From a bacterium (GTDB taxonomy: Bacteria > JAHJDO01), in the NCBI GenBank assembly GCA_023129655.1, contig JAGMBN010000001.1, positions 1 through 56,523 on the forward strand: a stretch of 56,523 bases of DNA. The letters are read 5' to 3'. Numbering within the stretch: the stretch's first letter is position 1; every line of letters begins with the position of its first letter. The position numbers and the translations under genes are program-made. Below the pieces are notes generated by a model. The model worked only from the letters and a program-made list of their open reading frames with translations. It made no database searches and was not told the origin of the DNA. Of this stretch, positions 36,218 through 45,159 are shown in pieces.

Positions 36218-37429
36218 ATGAACAATCAAATCAAGATGACAAACGGAAAATTATGCGTGCCTGATGAACCCATTATTCCCTTTATTGAGGGAGATGGAAC
36301 CGGTACTGATATCTGGCGGGCTTCGGTGAGAGTATTTGACGCGGCGGTTGAAATGGCGTATGGAGGCAAGAGAAAAATTGTATGGAAAGAAATATTTGCG
36401 GGAGAAAAAGCGTATAAGAAAACAAAAGAATGGCTGCCTGAGCAAACAGTTGATGCTTTCAGGGAATATCTGGTAGGCATAAAAGGACCTTTGACAACAC
36501 CTATTGGCGGCGGCATTAGAAGTCTAAATGTTACTCTTAGGAAATTGTTGGATCTATACGTTTGTCTGCGGCCTGTAAAATGGCTCGAAGGTGTTCCTAG
36601 TCCTGTTAAGCATCCGGAAAAGGTTGATATAGTTGTTTTTCGGGAAAACACTGAAGATGTCTATGCAGGTCTGGAACTGCAAGCATATTCAGAAGACGCA
36701 AAGAAGCTTATCAGTTTTTGCAAAGATTCTTTTGGATGGAATATCAGAGAAGACTCCGGCATAGGACTGAAACCCATAAGCGAGGCTGGAAGTAAAAGAT
36801 TAATAAGAGCAGCAATAAAGCATGCAATAAAGAATAAAAGAAAAAGCGTAACTCTTGTTCATAAAGGCAATATTCAAAAGTACACAGAGGGTGCGTTTAG
36901 AAACTGGGGATATGAACTGGCAAAGAATGAATTCCCGGAAGAAGTTATATCATGGGATGAATGTAAAGGGATCGTTCCTCATGGAAAAGTCTTAATAAAG
37001 GATGCTATTGCCGATATATTTCTTCAGCAGATATTAACAAGAACAGACGAATTCGATGTAATAGCAACAATGAATCTCAATGGAGATTACATTTCAGACG
37101 CAATAGCTGCCCAGGCAGGAGGGATTGGAATAGCTCCCGGCGGAAACATCAACTATGATACAGGTCATGCAATATTTGAGGCGACTCACGGCACAGCTCC
37201 AAAGTATAAAGATATGGACAAAGTTAACCCCGGATCAGTGATATTGTCCGGAGAGATGATGCTTAGATATATCGGATGGGAAGATGCTGCGGATCTTATT
37301 GCTAAAGGAATAAGCAAGGCAATCCTAAGCAAAAAAGTTACGTATGATTTTGAAAGATTGATGAGCGGAGCAAAGCTTCTTAAATGCTCTGAGTTCGCAG
37401 ATGAAGTCATAAAGAACATGACAGAATAA
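36218..37429 (+). CDS. icd: NADP-dependent isocitrate dehydrogenase
   Basis: 403 aa. [24 protein letters not shown] (substrate-binding Ser region) and NLNGDYISD. Confidence 0.9.
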   Translation: MNNQIKMTNGKLCVPDEPIIPFIEGDGTGTDIWRASVRVFDAAVEMAYGGKRKIVWKEIFAGEKAYKKTKEWLPEQTVDAFREYLVGIKGPLTTPIGGGIRSLNVTLRKLLDLYVCLRPVKWLEGVPSPVKHPEKVDIVVFRENTEDVYAGLELQAYSEDAKKLISFCKDSFGWNIREDSGIGLKPISEAGSKRLIRAAIKHAIKNKRKSVTLVHKGNIQKYTEGAFRNWGYELAKNEFPEEVISWDECKGIVPHGKVLIKDAIADIFLQQILTRTDEFDVIATMNLNGDYISDAIAAQAGGIGIAPGGNINYDTGHAIFEATHGTAPKYKDMDKVNPGSVILSGEMMLRYIGWEDAADLIAKGISKAILSKKVTYDFERLMSGAKLLKCSEFADEVIKNMTE

Positions 37430-37439
37430 ATTTCCTTTG

Positions 37440-37469
37440 CAATAACTTAACAAATATGTTAAGTTATTG
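37440..37469 (+). promoter_or_regulatory. 12-bp inverted repeat in front of abiEi (candidate antitoxin operator)
   Basis: CAATAACTTAAC-AAATAT-GTTAAGTTATTG ends 2 nt before ATG 37472. It overlaps a possible TTGCAA (37437-37442), 17-nt spacer, TAAGTT (37460-37465) promoter. Confidence 0.5.
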
Positions 37470-37471
37470 TC

Positions 37472-38110
37472 ATGAATTGGATGAAGTTTCTAAAGACTGT
37501 AGGGAAATTACCTGTAATTAATACTGAAAACTTATTTGCAGGTGTGTCTGATCCTACTGGAATTGAGGTGCAAATTAGCCGCTGGAACAAAGCAGGAAAG
37601 ATTATTCAGCTTAAAAGAGGAATGTATTTGCTTGCAGAGCCGTATCGTAAGATTGCAGTCTATGAGCCTTATATTGCTGCTATCTTAAAAAACCCTTCTT
37701 ACATCAGCATGGAAAAAGCGCTTGAGTATCATAATCTAATTCCTGAAGCAGTAACGGTATATACGTCAGTTACGACAAAAAGGCAAGGGAGATTTGTGTC
37801 CAAAGCAGGATTTTTTGATTACAGGCACATTAAGGAATCTCTTTTTTGGGGATATAAGTCAGCTACTGTTAATAAACAAACTGCTTTTATTGCGTCTTGT
37901 GAAAAAGCGCTCCTTGATTTTTTCTATGTAAAGAGGTTGAATATTTCATTAGATTATCTTTATGAGTTGAGACTTCAGAACGTAGAAAAAATTAATATTG
38001 AAAACTTGTTTGAATATGCTTGGCGATTTAAAAAACCAAAAATGTTATATGCAGCCAAAGTAATCAAGGAGTATAGCACCTTGATCAAGAAAGGAGAAAA
38101 GACATTATGA
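37472..38110 (+). CDS. AbiEi-family antitoxin/transcriptional regulator (type IV TA)
   Basis: 212 aa. The N-terminal wHTH-like region ISRWNKAGKIIQLKRGMYLL is typical of AbiEi. ATGA overlap with the downstream nucleotidyltransferase. Confidence 0.7.
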   Translation: MNWMKFLKTVGKLPVINTENLFAGVSDPTGIEVQISRWNKAGKIIQLKRGMYLLAEPYRKIAVYEPYIAAILKNPSYISMEKALEYHNLIPEAVTVYTSVTTKRQGRFVSKAGFFDYRHIKESLFWGYKSATVNKQTAFIASCEKALLDFFYVKRLNISLDYLYELRLQNVEKINIENLFEYAWRFKKPKMLYAAKVIKEYSTLIKKGEKTL

Positions 38111-38907
38111 GAGATTATGTTCTCGAGTTAGTTGCAACGAAAACCGGTTTTAACGCAAAATTAAATATCATGCGAGAATATCTTCAGGCATGTATTCTGA
38201 GAATTATGCATGATAATGGAGTGTTTCGTTCAACTGCATTTTTAGGCGGAACTGCGTTGCGGTTTCTTTATAATCTTCCACGTTTTTCAGAAGATCTGGA
38301 TTTTTCATCAACTGAGAATAAGCACTACACGTTCGCAGATTTAGTAATAAAGATTAAACAGGAATTAAAATTGGCAGGATATGATATTTCTGTATCTTAT
38401 AATGACGAAAAGACTGTTCGGCATGCAATGGTCAAGTTTGATAAATTGATGTATGAGGCAGGAATTTCACCTCATAAGGCGCAAAAGTTTTCAATAAAAA
38501 TTGAAATTGATACTAATCCACCTGAAGGAGCTGATTTAAAAACCGATATTGTCAATAAATATTTTCCAATTTCTTTTTTGTCTTATGATATTCCTTCTCT
38601 TTTTGCAGGTAAATTTCATGCATTATTGAGTAGAAAATATACTAAAGGACGTGATTTTTTTGATCTTGGATGGTATCTTTCGCGTTGGAAGGATATCTCA
38701 CCTAATATTGCTATGCTTCAAAATGCGCTCAAGCAAACCGGTTGGACTGGAGAAATGCCATCAGAACATACATGGCGAGATTTTCTTTATACTGTTGTTA
38801 AAGCGACAGATTGGCAAAAAATAGAACAGGATGTAGGAAACTTCTTAGAAAATCCTTCTGACATGAATATCTTTACTAAGAAAAATGTGCTTAGCTTGTT
38901 ACAGTGA
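38107..38907 (+). CDS. AbiEii/AbiGii nucleotidyltransferase toxin (DUF1814)
   Basis: 266 aa. FLGGTALRFLYNLPRFSEDLDF is the hallmark NTase motif of AbiEii. Confidence 0.8.
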   Translation: MRDYVLELVATKTGFNAKLNIMREYLQACILRIMHDNGVFRSTAFLGGTALRFLYNLPRFSEDLDFSSTENKHYTFADLVIKIKQELKLAGYDISVSYNDEKTVRHAMVKFDKLMYEAGISPHKAQKFSIKIEIDTNPPEGADLKTDIVNKYFPISFLSYDIPSLFAGKFHALLSRKYTKGRDFFDLGWYLSRWKDISPNIAMLQNALKQTGWTGEMPSEHTWRDFLYTVVKATDWQKIEQDVGNFLENPSDMNIFTKKNVLSLLQ

Positions 38908-38994
38908 AAAATCAAACAAAAAAGTGATTTATTCTACAGACAACTGTACTCTCATGTGTTAAAATTTGTTTTAGAGGAGCGAGACAAAACTATA

Positions 38995-39195
38995 ATGACT
39001 TCCAGAGAAATTGTTAAACGCAATTTAGAATTTAGGAATCCCCAGCGCATTGGGCTTAATTTCAGCGGAGAAGATGGTGGGTTTATTGCTAAAAATTATG
39101 GAGATATTAAAGGAATTGGAGTTAAGTCTGACTGGGATCAGTGGGCATATGAAAGTTTTTTAAAAAATAAGAGGATAAGTAAAAGCAGGATATAG
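38995..39195 (+). CDS. small hypothetical protein (66 aa)
   Basis: ATG 38995 within the ORF-track ORF 38956-39195. No recognisable motif. Coding status uncertain. Confidence 0.3.
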   Translation: MTSREIVKRNLEFRNPQRIGLNFSGEDGGFIAKNYGDIKGIGVKSDWDQWAYESFLKNKRISKSRI

Positions 39196-39205
39196 GGGAA
39201 ATATT

Positions 39206-40891
39206 ATGAATAAAGTTAAAAGAGCGCTGATAAGTGTGTCTGATAAAACAGGGATTGTGGATTTTGCTAACCAATTGGACAGAATGGGGATAGAGATACT
39301 CTCAACAGGAGGCACAAAAAAGTCGCTTGAGGAAGTGGGCGTATCTGTAAAAGGAGTATCTGAATTTACAGGTTTCCCGGAGATGCTTGATGGCAGAGTG
39401 AAGACGCTGCATCCTAAAATTCATGGAGGTCTTCTCGCAGTCAGGAGTAACAAGGAGCATATGAAACAGGTTGAAGAACATTCTGTTCAACTGATTGATA
39501 TGGTCGTAGTAAATTTGTATCCATTTCAGAAGACTATAGCTAAGGAGGGAACCTCTCTTGAAGAGGCAATAGAAAATATTGATATCGGAGGGCCAACAAT
39601 GCTTCGCAGCGCAGCAAAAAACTACAAGGACGTTGCTGTTGTGACTGACCCGGATGATTATGCTTTCATTATTGATGAGCTTAAAAACTCGGGGGAAATA
39701 TCTAACGAAACAAGACAGCGACTTGCTGTTAAGGTGTTCAGGCATACTGCGGATTATGACAGTGCTATAGATAAATATCTCAGCGAAAACTTATCTAATG
39801 AAAAAATATTAAGACTTAAATTTACTCAAGGGGTATCTCTAAGATATGGGGAGAATTCACATCAGTCAGCTACCTTTTATATAGACAAAGATTGCGCGGA
39901 ATCAAACCTTGCTTCAGCAAAGATTTTGCACGGTAAAGAGATGTCTTATAACAATTATGTAGACGCAAACGGCGCTTTTGAAGCAGTAAAAGATATCAAA
40001 GAGCAGATTGGAGCCGTTGTGGTAAAACATACAAATCCATGTGGATATGCGACAGGCAAGACCCTGAAAGAAGCTGTTGAAAAAGCCTGGATGGGAGACC
40101 CAATATCCGCTTTTGGATCAATTGTTGCTGTTACAAGAAAACTTGATCTGGAGACCGCAGAATTTCTAAAAGGAAAGAATACAAAGCACCTAACTTATGC
40201 GAAACAGGATAATAAGTATGTGCCGGAGGAGGTTAAAACAAAGCATGTGGAGGTTATAATAGCTCCGGGATATGACAGGGATGCTTTAGAGCTTTTAAAG
40301 TCTGAAGGCAAGGTATTGCGCATTCTTGAAGTAGCGCCGCTTGATATTGGCAAGCATGAAAGATTTACATATAGAAAAATTGTAGGCGGTATACTTGAGC
40401 AGGACAGAGACTTGAAAATCTTTGATACATTTGATGTCGTCACAAAAGCACCGTTTCCCAATAATAAAAAAGAATTAGCCAAGTTTGCGTATAAGGCGTG
40501 TAAACATACTAAGTCTAACGCGATTGTTCTTTGCAGAGAATATGCTTCAGGATGTTTTCAGGTATTGGGTATGGGCGCCGGTCAGCCAAACAGGGTTGAT
40601 TCTTTGCGTAAGTTAGCAGTTCCAAAAGCAATGGAAAATCTACAGATCGAGTATGACATGCTGAAACCGGAAAGCTCATTAGATGTTTATATAAAAAAGA
40701 TAATGTCGGAACTGGTTCTGGCTTCTGACGCATTCTTCCCGTTTTCTGACACTGTTGAGGAAGCAGCCGGTTTTGGTATTCGCTATATTATCCAGCCGGG
40801 CGGGTCAAAACGCGATGATGCCTCAGTATCCAAGTCCGACGAGCTCGGTATATCTATGGTATTTACAGGAATGCGGCATTTCTTACACTAA
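39206..40891 (+). CDS. purH: bifunctional AICAR transformylase / IMP cyclohydrolase
   Basis: KRALISVSDKTGIVDFA, ILSTGGT and GFPEMLDGRVKTLHPKIHGG at the N-terminus. C-terminal IIQPGGSKRD. 561 aa. Confidence 0.9.
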   Translation: MNKVKRALISVSDKTGIVDFANQLDRMGIEILSTGGTKKSLEEVGVSVKGVSEFTGFPEMLDGRVKTLHPKIHGGLLAVRSNKEHMKQVEEHSVQLIDMVVVNLYPFQKTIAKEGTSLEEAIENIDIGGPTMLRSAAKNYKDVAVVTDPDDYAFIIDELKNSGEISNETRQRLAVKVFRHTADYDSAIDKYLSENLSNEKILRLKFTQGVSLRYGENSHQSATFYIDKDCAESNLASAKILHGKEMSYNNYVDANGAFEAVKDIKEQIGAVVVKHTNPCGYATGKTLKEAVEKAWMGDPISAFGSIVAVTRKLDLETAEFLKGKNTKHLTYAKQDNKYVPEEVKTKHVEVIIAPGYDRDALELLKSEGKVLRILEVAPLDIGKHERFTYRKIVGGILEQDRDLKIFDTFDVVTKAPFPNNKKELAKFAYKACKHTKSNAIVLCREYASGCFQVLGMGAGQPNRVDSLRKLAVPKAMENLQIEYDMLKPESSLDVYIKKIMSELVLASDAFFPFSDTVEEAAGFGIRYIIQPGGSKRDDASVSKSDELGISMVFTGMRHFLH

Positions 40892-40895
40892 AGCT

Positions 40896-41918
40896 ATGAA
40901 ACATAAAAATGTGCTGGTTATCGGAGCAGGAATAGCAGGCATTACCACGGCTTTGGATATTGCAGATAGAGGCATAACCGTCCATCTAGTAGAAAAAACA
41001 TCTTCAATAGGCGGACATGTTCAAAGGTTTTGTTGTAAAGCAGTAAACAATGTCTGTACAAAATGTGGGGCTTGCCTTCTGAAGGATAAGATAGATAAAC
41101 TAAAAATTAGTCCTAATATCAAAATATATTTAAATTCAAATATATCCGATGTTTCCAAGTCTAAAGATAGATTTTCTGTTCAAATAAAGCATGGTAATAA
41201 AACCAGCTCTGTAGAGATAGATGCAATAGTTATTGCATCTGGTTTTACGCCATTTGATGCAGCGACAAAGGGCAGATTTGGTTACGGAAGAATTCCTTAT
41301 GTTTTTACAGGGCTGGATATTGAAGAATGCTTCAAAGAAAATGTAGGGGTTCAATATTTTGAACCCTTATCAAATAAAATCCCAAAGCAGGTAGCATTTA
41401 TACAGTGTGTTGGCTCCAGGGATCCGCACTTAAACAAAGGCTATTGTTCAAGGGTGTGCTGTCGTTATGCTTTGAGACTCGCCATGATGCTTAGAGAAGC
41501 TTTCCCTGAAATTAAGGTAGATATCTTCTATATGGATATTCAGTCTTCAGGCAAAGAATTCAATATGTTATATGACCAATGTAAGGATGATTCAAAAATA
41601 GAGTTTATAAAGAGCATACCAACAAGGGCGCAGGAAATTCCTGAGACTAAATCAGTAAGGGTTTTGTATGAAGATATGGCAGAATCTAAACTTGCTGAGA
41701 GGGATTATGATCTTCTTGTTCTCTCTATAGGCATAATGCCGTCAGAGGAGAATCAGAGAATTGAGAGTCTTCTTGGAATTAATACAGACAAGTTCGGGTT
41801 TTTTGAACCTAATGTTCAAGGTGTTTTTCTATCAGGCGCATGTGAAGGGCCGAAGAGCATATCCGAATCTATTCAACACGCAGAGAAAACCGCAGTAGAT
41901 GTGATGGAGTACTTATGA
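40896..41918 (+). CDS. HdrA-like FAD-dependent oxidoreductase (thioredoxin-reductase-like core only)
   Basis: ATG 40896 (the ORF-track extension to 40755 overlaps purH). VLVIGAGIAGITTALDIADRGITVHLVEKTSSIGG, Cys motif CTKCGAC, and the HdrA signature IQCVGSRD...YCSRVCC. Confidence 0.7.
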   Translation: MKHKNVLVIGAGIAGITTALDIADRGITVHLVEKTSSIGGHVQRFCCKAVNNVCTKCGACLLKDKIDKLKISPNIKIYLNSNISDVSKSKDRFSVQIKHGNKTSSVEIDAIVIASGFTPFDAATKGRFGYGRIPYVFTGLDIEECFKENVGVQYFEPLSNKIPKQVAFIQCVGSRDPHLNKGYCSRVCCRYALRLAMMLREAFPEIKVDIFYMDIQSSGKEFNMLYDQCKDDSKIEFIKSIPTRAQEIPETKSVRVLYEDMAESKLAERDYDLLVLSIGIMPSEENQRIESLLGINTDKFGFFEPNVQGVFLSGACEGPKSISESIQHAEKTAVDVMEYL

Positions 41919-43075
41919 GTATCCTTATAATTGGTGGAGGTATTGCAGGAATAACTGCTGCAATATACCTTGGGGAACAAGGGCATAAAGTAACTCTAAT
42001 TGAAAGAGGAGAAATCATGGGCGGCAGGTTAAATAATCTTTTCAGCGTGTATGGTCTTGACATATCGCCAAAAGATTTCATGTGTGAGCAAGTATCAAAA
42101 TTAAAAGAGTTCTCAAATGTAGACATATTTACTTGTGCGGAATTGATAGAGACTAAAGGGCATGTAGGAAACTTCAATTCAAAATTAAAAATTAATAACT
42201 CAAAATTAAGAGAAGTTAAGCATGGGGCAGTTATTATTGCAACGGGAATTGATGTATCCGCGCCAAAGATAGATTGCAATTCTCAAAAGATAATCAATCA
42301 TACACGTCTTGAAGATTACATTGCGAACAATAAGATAAGAAGATTGTCAAAAGTCATATTCTTATGTGATTTTGACAAGGAAGATTCTCAAATAATAGCA
42401 TTATCTACTTTAAAAAATGCTTTACTTCTCAGAGAAAAATTAAGATGTGAAGTGTCTGTCTTATCCCGAAACATAAAAGTTGCCGGTAAGAATTTTGAGC
42501 AATTATATACAGCTGCCAGAGAAAAAGGAGTTGTGTTTTCTACTGTAGACGGCATAGCTGTAAAAGATCTCCTGTTGAAATGTGACTGGCTGATAATTGG
42601 GGAAAACATTCTTCCCAGCCAGGGCACAGAAGAGCTCTCGGTAATACTTGGTGTTGAGAGAGATAAACAAGGATTTTTTCAGAATAACAATGTTCACTTT
42701 ATGCCAAATTTGTCAAACAGGAAAGGCATATTCTTTGCCGGAGCATGTCATATTGATGCAGGGCTGAATGATATATTAGATGATTCGCTGACAGCTGCAT
42801 ATGCCGCTCATAACCTGGTTGCAAAGAGTGCGATAGAAATCGGTGAGAAGACAGCAGAAGTAGATGAGGAAAAATGCGCGCTTTGTCTTACGTGCCTAAG
42901 ATCATGCCCTCATAAAGCAATAGATATAGAGTTCTCTCGCGAACTGGGCAAGAAAGCTGCAAAGATTATTGAAGAGGCATGTTTTGGATGTGGAATCTGC
43001 ACATCCCTATGCTCCTCAAGCGCAATAGAGCTCAGGGAATATGAGGATGAGAAGATACTTAAGCTTATAAGGTAA
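41915..43075 (+). CDS. degenerate HdrA-like flavoprotein fused to a 2x[4Fe-4S] ferredoxin domain
   Basis: ILIIGGGIAGITAAIYLGEQGHKVTLIERGEIMGG. It lacks the CVGSRD/YCSRVCC motif. The C-terminus has CALCLTCLRSCP and CFGCGICTSLC. ATGA overlap with the upstream gene. Confidence 0.6.
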   Translation: MSILIIGGGIAGITAAIYLGEQGHKVTLIERGEIMGGRLNNLFSVYGLDISPKDFMCEQVSKLKEFSNVDIFTCAELIETKGHVGNFNSKLKINNSKLREVKHGAVIIATGIDVSAPKIDCNSQKIINHTRLEDYIANNKIRRLSKVIFLCDFDKEDSQIIALSTLKNALLLREKLRCEVSVLSRNIKVAGKNFEQLYTAAREKGVVFSTVDGIAVKDLLLKCDWLIIGENILPSQGTEELSVILGVERDKQGFFQNNNVHFMPNLSNRKGIFFAGACHIDAGLNDILDDSLTAAYAAHNLVAKSAIEIGEKTAEVDEEKCALCLTCLRSCPHKAIDIEFSRELGKKAAKIIEEACFGCGICTSLCSSSAIELREYEDEKILKLIR

Positions 43076-43241
43076 ATAAAATGACAAAAGTACGCACAAA
43101 ATGGAATCTCTGGTAACACAGTATCCAAACCACGAAAGATAGTCCTTGAGCCGGAATTAGTCATAAGAGAATCATGTGGGGCAAGAATTGGGAAGCAGAA
43201 GATTATAGATTGGATTTTAAATTAAACGCAGGATAGTAACA

Positions 43242-44072
43242 ATGAAAATCTCATTAATGACCTATAAGCATACTAAGGGGCTGTTTACTGATTTAGATGC
43301 TTTCTGTAACTTTTTAGACACCATAAAATCGTATGGCATTACAGGAGTGGAGCCTATGTTTCTGGAAGCAGAGGATTTCTATCTTAATCATGATCTGTTG
43401 CATGGCGTTTTAGAAGAAATACTGAAGAGAAACATGCACATTCCTAATATTGACCTTATTGTCAACCATTTAAAACCCGGAGGTTTTGAGGAGGCATGTG
43501 AAAAAACAAGAGCAATGATTAACTCTGCCTCTATTTTAAAACCCGATCTTGCTATGACTAATGGGAACAGGCTGCCTGAAGATATGTCCCCTGAAGAGGG
43601 AAGGAAACTTGTTGCTCTTTCTATTGATAATGCAATTGAAGCTGGGAAAAAGCACGGTTTAGACATTGCTACTGAGGCATTCGGTATCTCTTATGATGTT
43701 ATGTCAACATCGGATATGCTTGAAGACATATTCTCTATGGTAGAAAATTCACCGCTATATTTTGTAGGAGATTCCGCAAATTCATGTTATGGAGGAGAAT
43801 CTTCTGTAGTTGCGCTTGAGAAATTCTGGCATATATTAAGACATGTCCATATCAAAGATATAAAAGAAACACAAGAAGGCACCGGTTATCCTGCAAAAGG
43901 AGATAGGTGGCTAGGGCAAGCTGAACTTGGAACAGGAATCGCAGGAATAAAAGAGTTCACAAACTTTCTAAAAACTCATTCCTATAATGGCTGGTATTCC
44001 CTTGAGACCTACTGGACTGATGATTTAAGTATTCTTGGAGAGTACGCAGATACATTAAGACAACTATTGTAA
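43242..44072 (+). CDS. sugar-phosphate isomerase/epimerase (xylose-isomerase-like TIM barrel)
   Basis: 276 aa. HVHIKD and YNGWYSLE patterns are typical of this barrel family. Confidence 0.65.
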   Translation: MKISLMTYKHTKGLFTDLDAFCNFLDTIKSYGITGVEPMFLEAEDFYLNHDLLHGVLEEILKRNMHIPNIDLIVNHLKPGGFEEACEKTRAMINSASILKPDLAMTNGNRLPEDMSPEEGRKLVALSIDNAIEAGKKHGLDIATEAFGISYDVMSTSDMLEDIFSMVENSPLYFVGDSANSCYGGESSVVALEKFWHILRHVHIKDIKETQEGTGYPAKGDRWLGQAELGTGIAGIKEFTNFLKTHSYNGWYSLETYWTDDLSILGEYADTLRQLL

Positions 44073-44090
44073 CGCCAAAATTTAATAACA

Positions 44091-45083
44091 ATGGATCCTA
44101 AATCAATAGAAGAAATTTTAAGTAAAAAACTCCTATTAGAACTCAGAAGATTGTTTTACAAAACTACCGGTATGACGATATCTTTTATAATTGGCAGGAG
44201 TGGAGGAGATGTAGATTTTTTCCCTAAGTCGAAAAGAAGTCGGTTCTGCAAGATCATACATTCCACGCAGAAGGGTAAGGCGCGGTGTTCTCTCGCGGAC
44301 ACAGAATCTATTAACACTGCTTTCAAGAACCGAAAACCTCATATTCATCAGTGCCATGCGGGACTTATTGATATCTATGTGCCCATAATAATGAAAAACA
44401 AACTCATTGGGGCTCTTGCTTCGGGACAAATACTTACTAATAAACCAACAGATAAAAAATTCCTTTCAATAAAAAAGAAAACCCAGGATTTAAAAATTGA
44501 CATTAACAAACTTAAAGATGCGTATAAAAAGGTTGAAGTTATTTCACGTGAGAAACTGGATATAGTAGTAAAACTCATGTTTTTTATGGCTAATTTTATC
44601 GTAGAAAAAGAATCTTTAATAATCTTGCAAAATAAACTTATTCAACAGCAGAAGAAGATAGAGGAAGCTAATAGGGAAAGAGAGCTGTGGAAAAAAGAAT
44701 TGAGAAAAGCTATGCCTTTTATTGAAATGCAAAGTGTCTCTGCTCAGGAACATTCACACCATGAAAAGATTATCGTGGAAGCCAAAAAATTTATTGAGAA
44801 AAACTCCGCAAAACCGTTAAATCTCAAAGATGTCGCAGAAGCGGTCTATCTGAGCCCTAATTACTTCAGTAATTTATTCAAACACTACACAAACTACACC
44901 TTTCATGAATATCTAACAAAGATTCGCATTGAGAATGCTAAAAAGTTTCTCAGCAGGTTAGCTCTCAATGTATCACAGGTATCAAATCTTGTTGGATATG
45001 ATGATCCTAACCATTTCAGCAAAGTGTTCACAAAAATAACAGGCTATTCTCCACAAAAATATCGTAAGATTTTTTTGAAATAA
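44091..45083 (+). CDS. AraC-family transcriptional regulator with N-terminal PocR sensor domain
   Basis: PocR-like Cys/His pattern FCKIIHSTQKGKARC...HQCHAGLIDIYVPI. C-terminal double-HTH AraC domain ending HFSKVFTKITGYSPQKYRK. Confidence 0.8.
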   Translation: MDPKSIEEILSKKLLLELRRLFYKTTGMTISFIIGRSGGDVDFFPKSKRSRFCKIIHSTQKGKARCSLADTESINTAFKNRKPHIHQCHAGLIDIYVPIIMKNKLIGALASGQILTNKPTDKKFLSIKKKTQDLKIDINKLKDAYKKVEVISREKLDIVVKLMFFMANFIVEKESLIILQNKLIQQQKKIEEANRERELWKKELRKAMPFIEMQSVSAQEHSHHEKIIVEAKKFIEKNSAKPLNLKDVAEAVYLSPNYFSNLFKHYTNYTFHEYLTKIRIENAKKFLSRLALNVSQVSNLVGYDDPNHFSKVFTKITGYSPQKYRKIFLK

Positions 45084-45159
45084 AAATCGTAAGAATATCC
45101 AGAAAAAAGCAAGATAATCCATAGACAAATCTGTAGCTGTGTTGTTATTATACATCGTA

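Noticed and set aside
38995-39195. Small ORF whose start (MTSREIVKRNLEFRNPQRIG) vaguely resembles the N-terminus of URO-D-like proteins, considered as another gene remnant
   Set aside because: The similarity rests on about 20 residues judged by eye, which is too weak. It is kept only as a low-confidence hypothetical CDS.
39206-40891. PurH is about 30-50 aa longer than the versions I remember, with an apparent insertion around KGKNTKHLTYAKQDNKYVPEEVKTKH
   Set aside because: I cannot verify the insertion boundaries without an alignment. Length variation in PurH linker regions is common, so this is not reported as a finding.
40755-40895. ORF-track N-terminal extension of the first HdrA-like gene
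   Set aside because: The extension overlaps the last 137 nt of purH in another frame. The FAD-binding fold starts right after ATG 40896, so the extension is an ORF-calling artefact.
39302-42279. Long antisense ORFs inside purH (39302-39745) and across the hdrA-like junction (41869-42279). Similar ORFs lie elsewhere: 36226-36651 in icd, 7765-8148 across the boundary between the propeller gene and the first URO-D-like gene, and 4382-4747 in folP.
   Set aside because: All lie opposite genes with clear family motifs. They lack RBS and motifs of their own, so I treat them as spurious.
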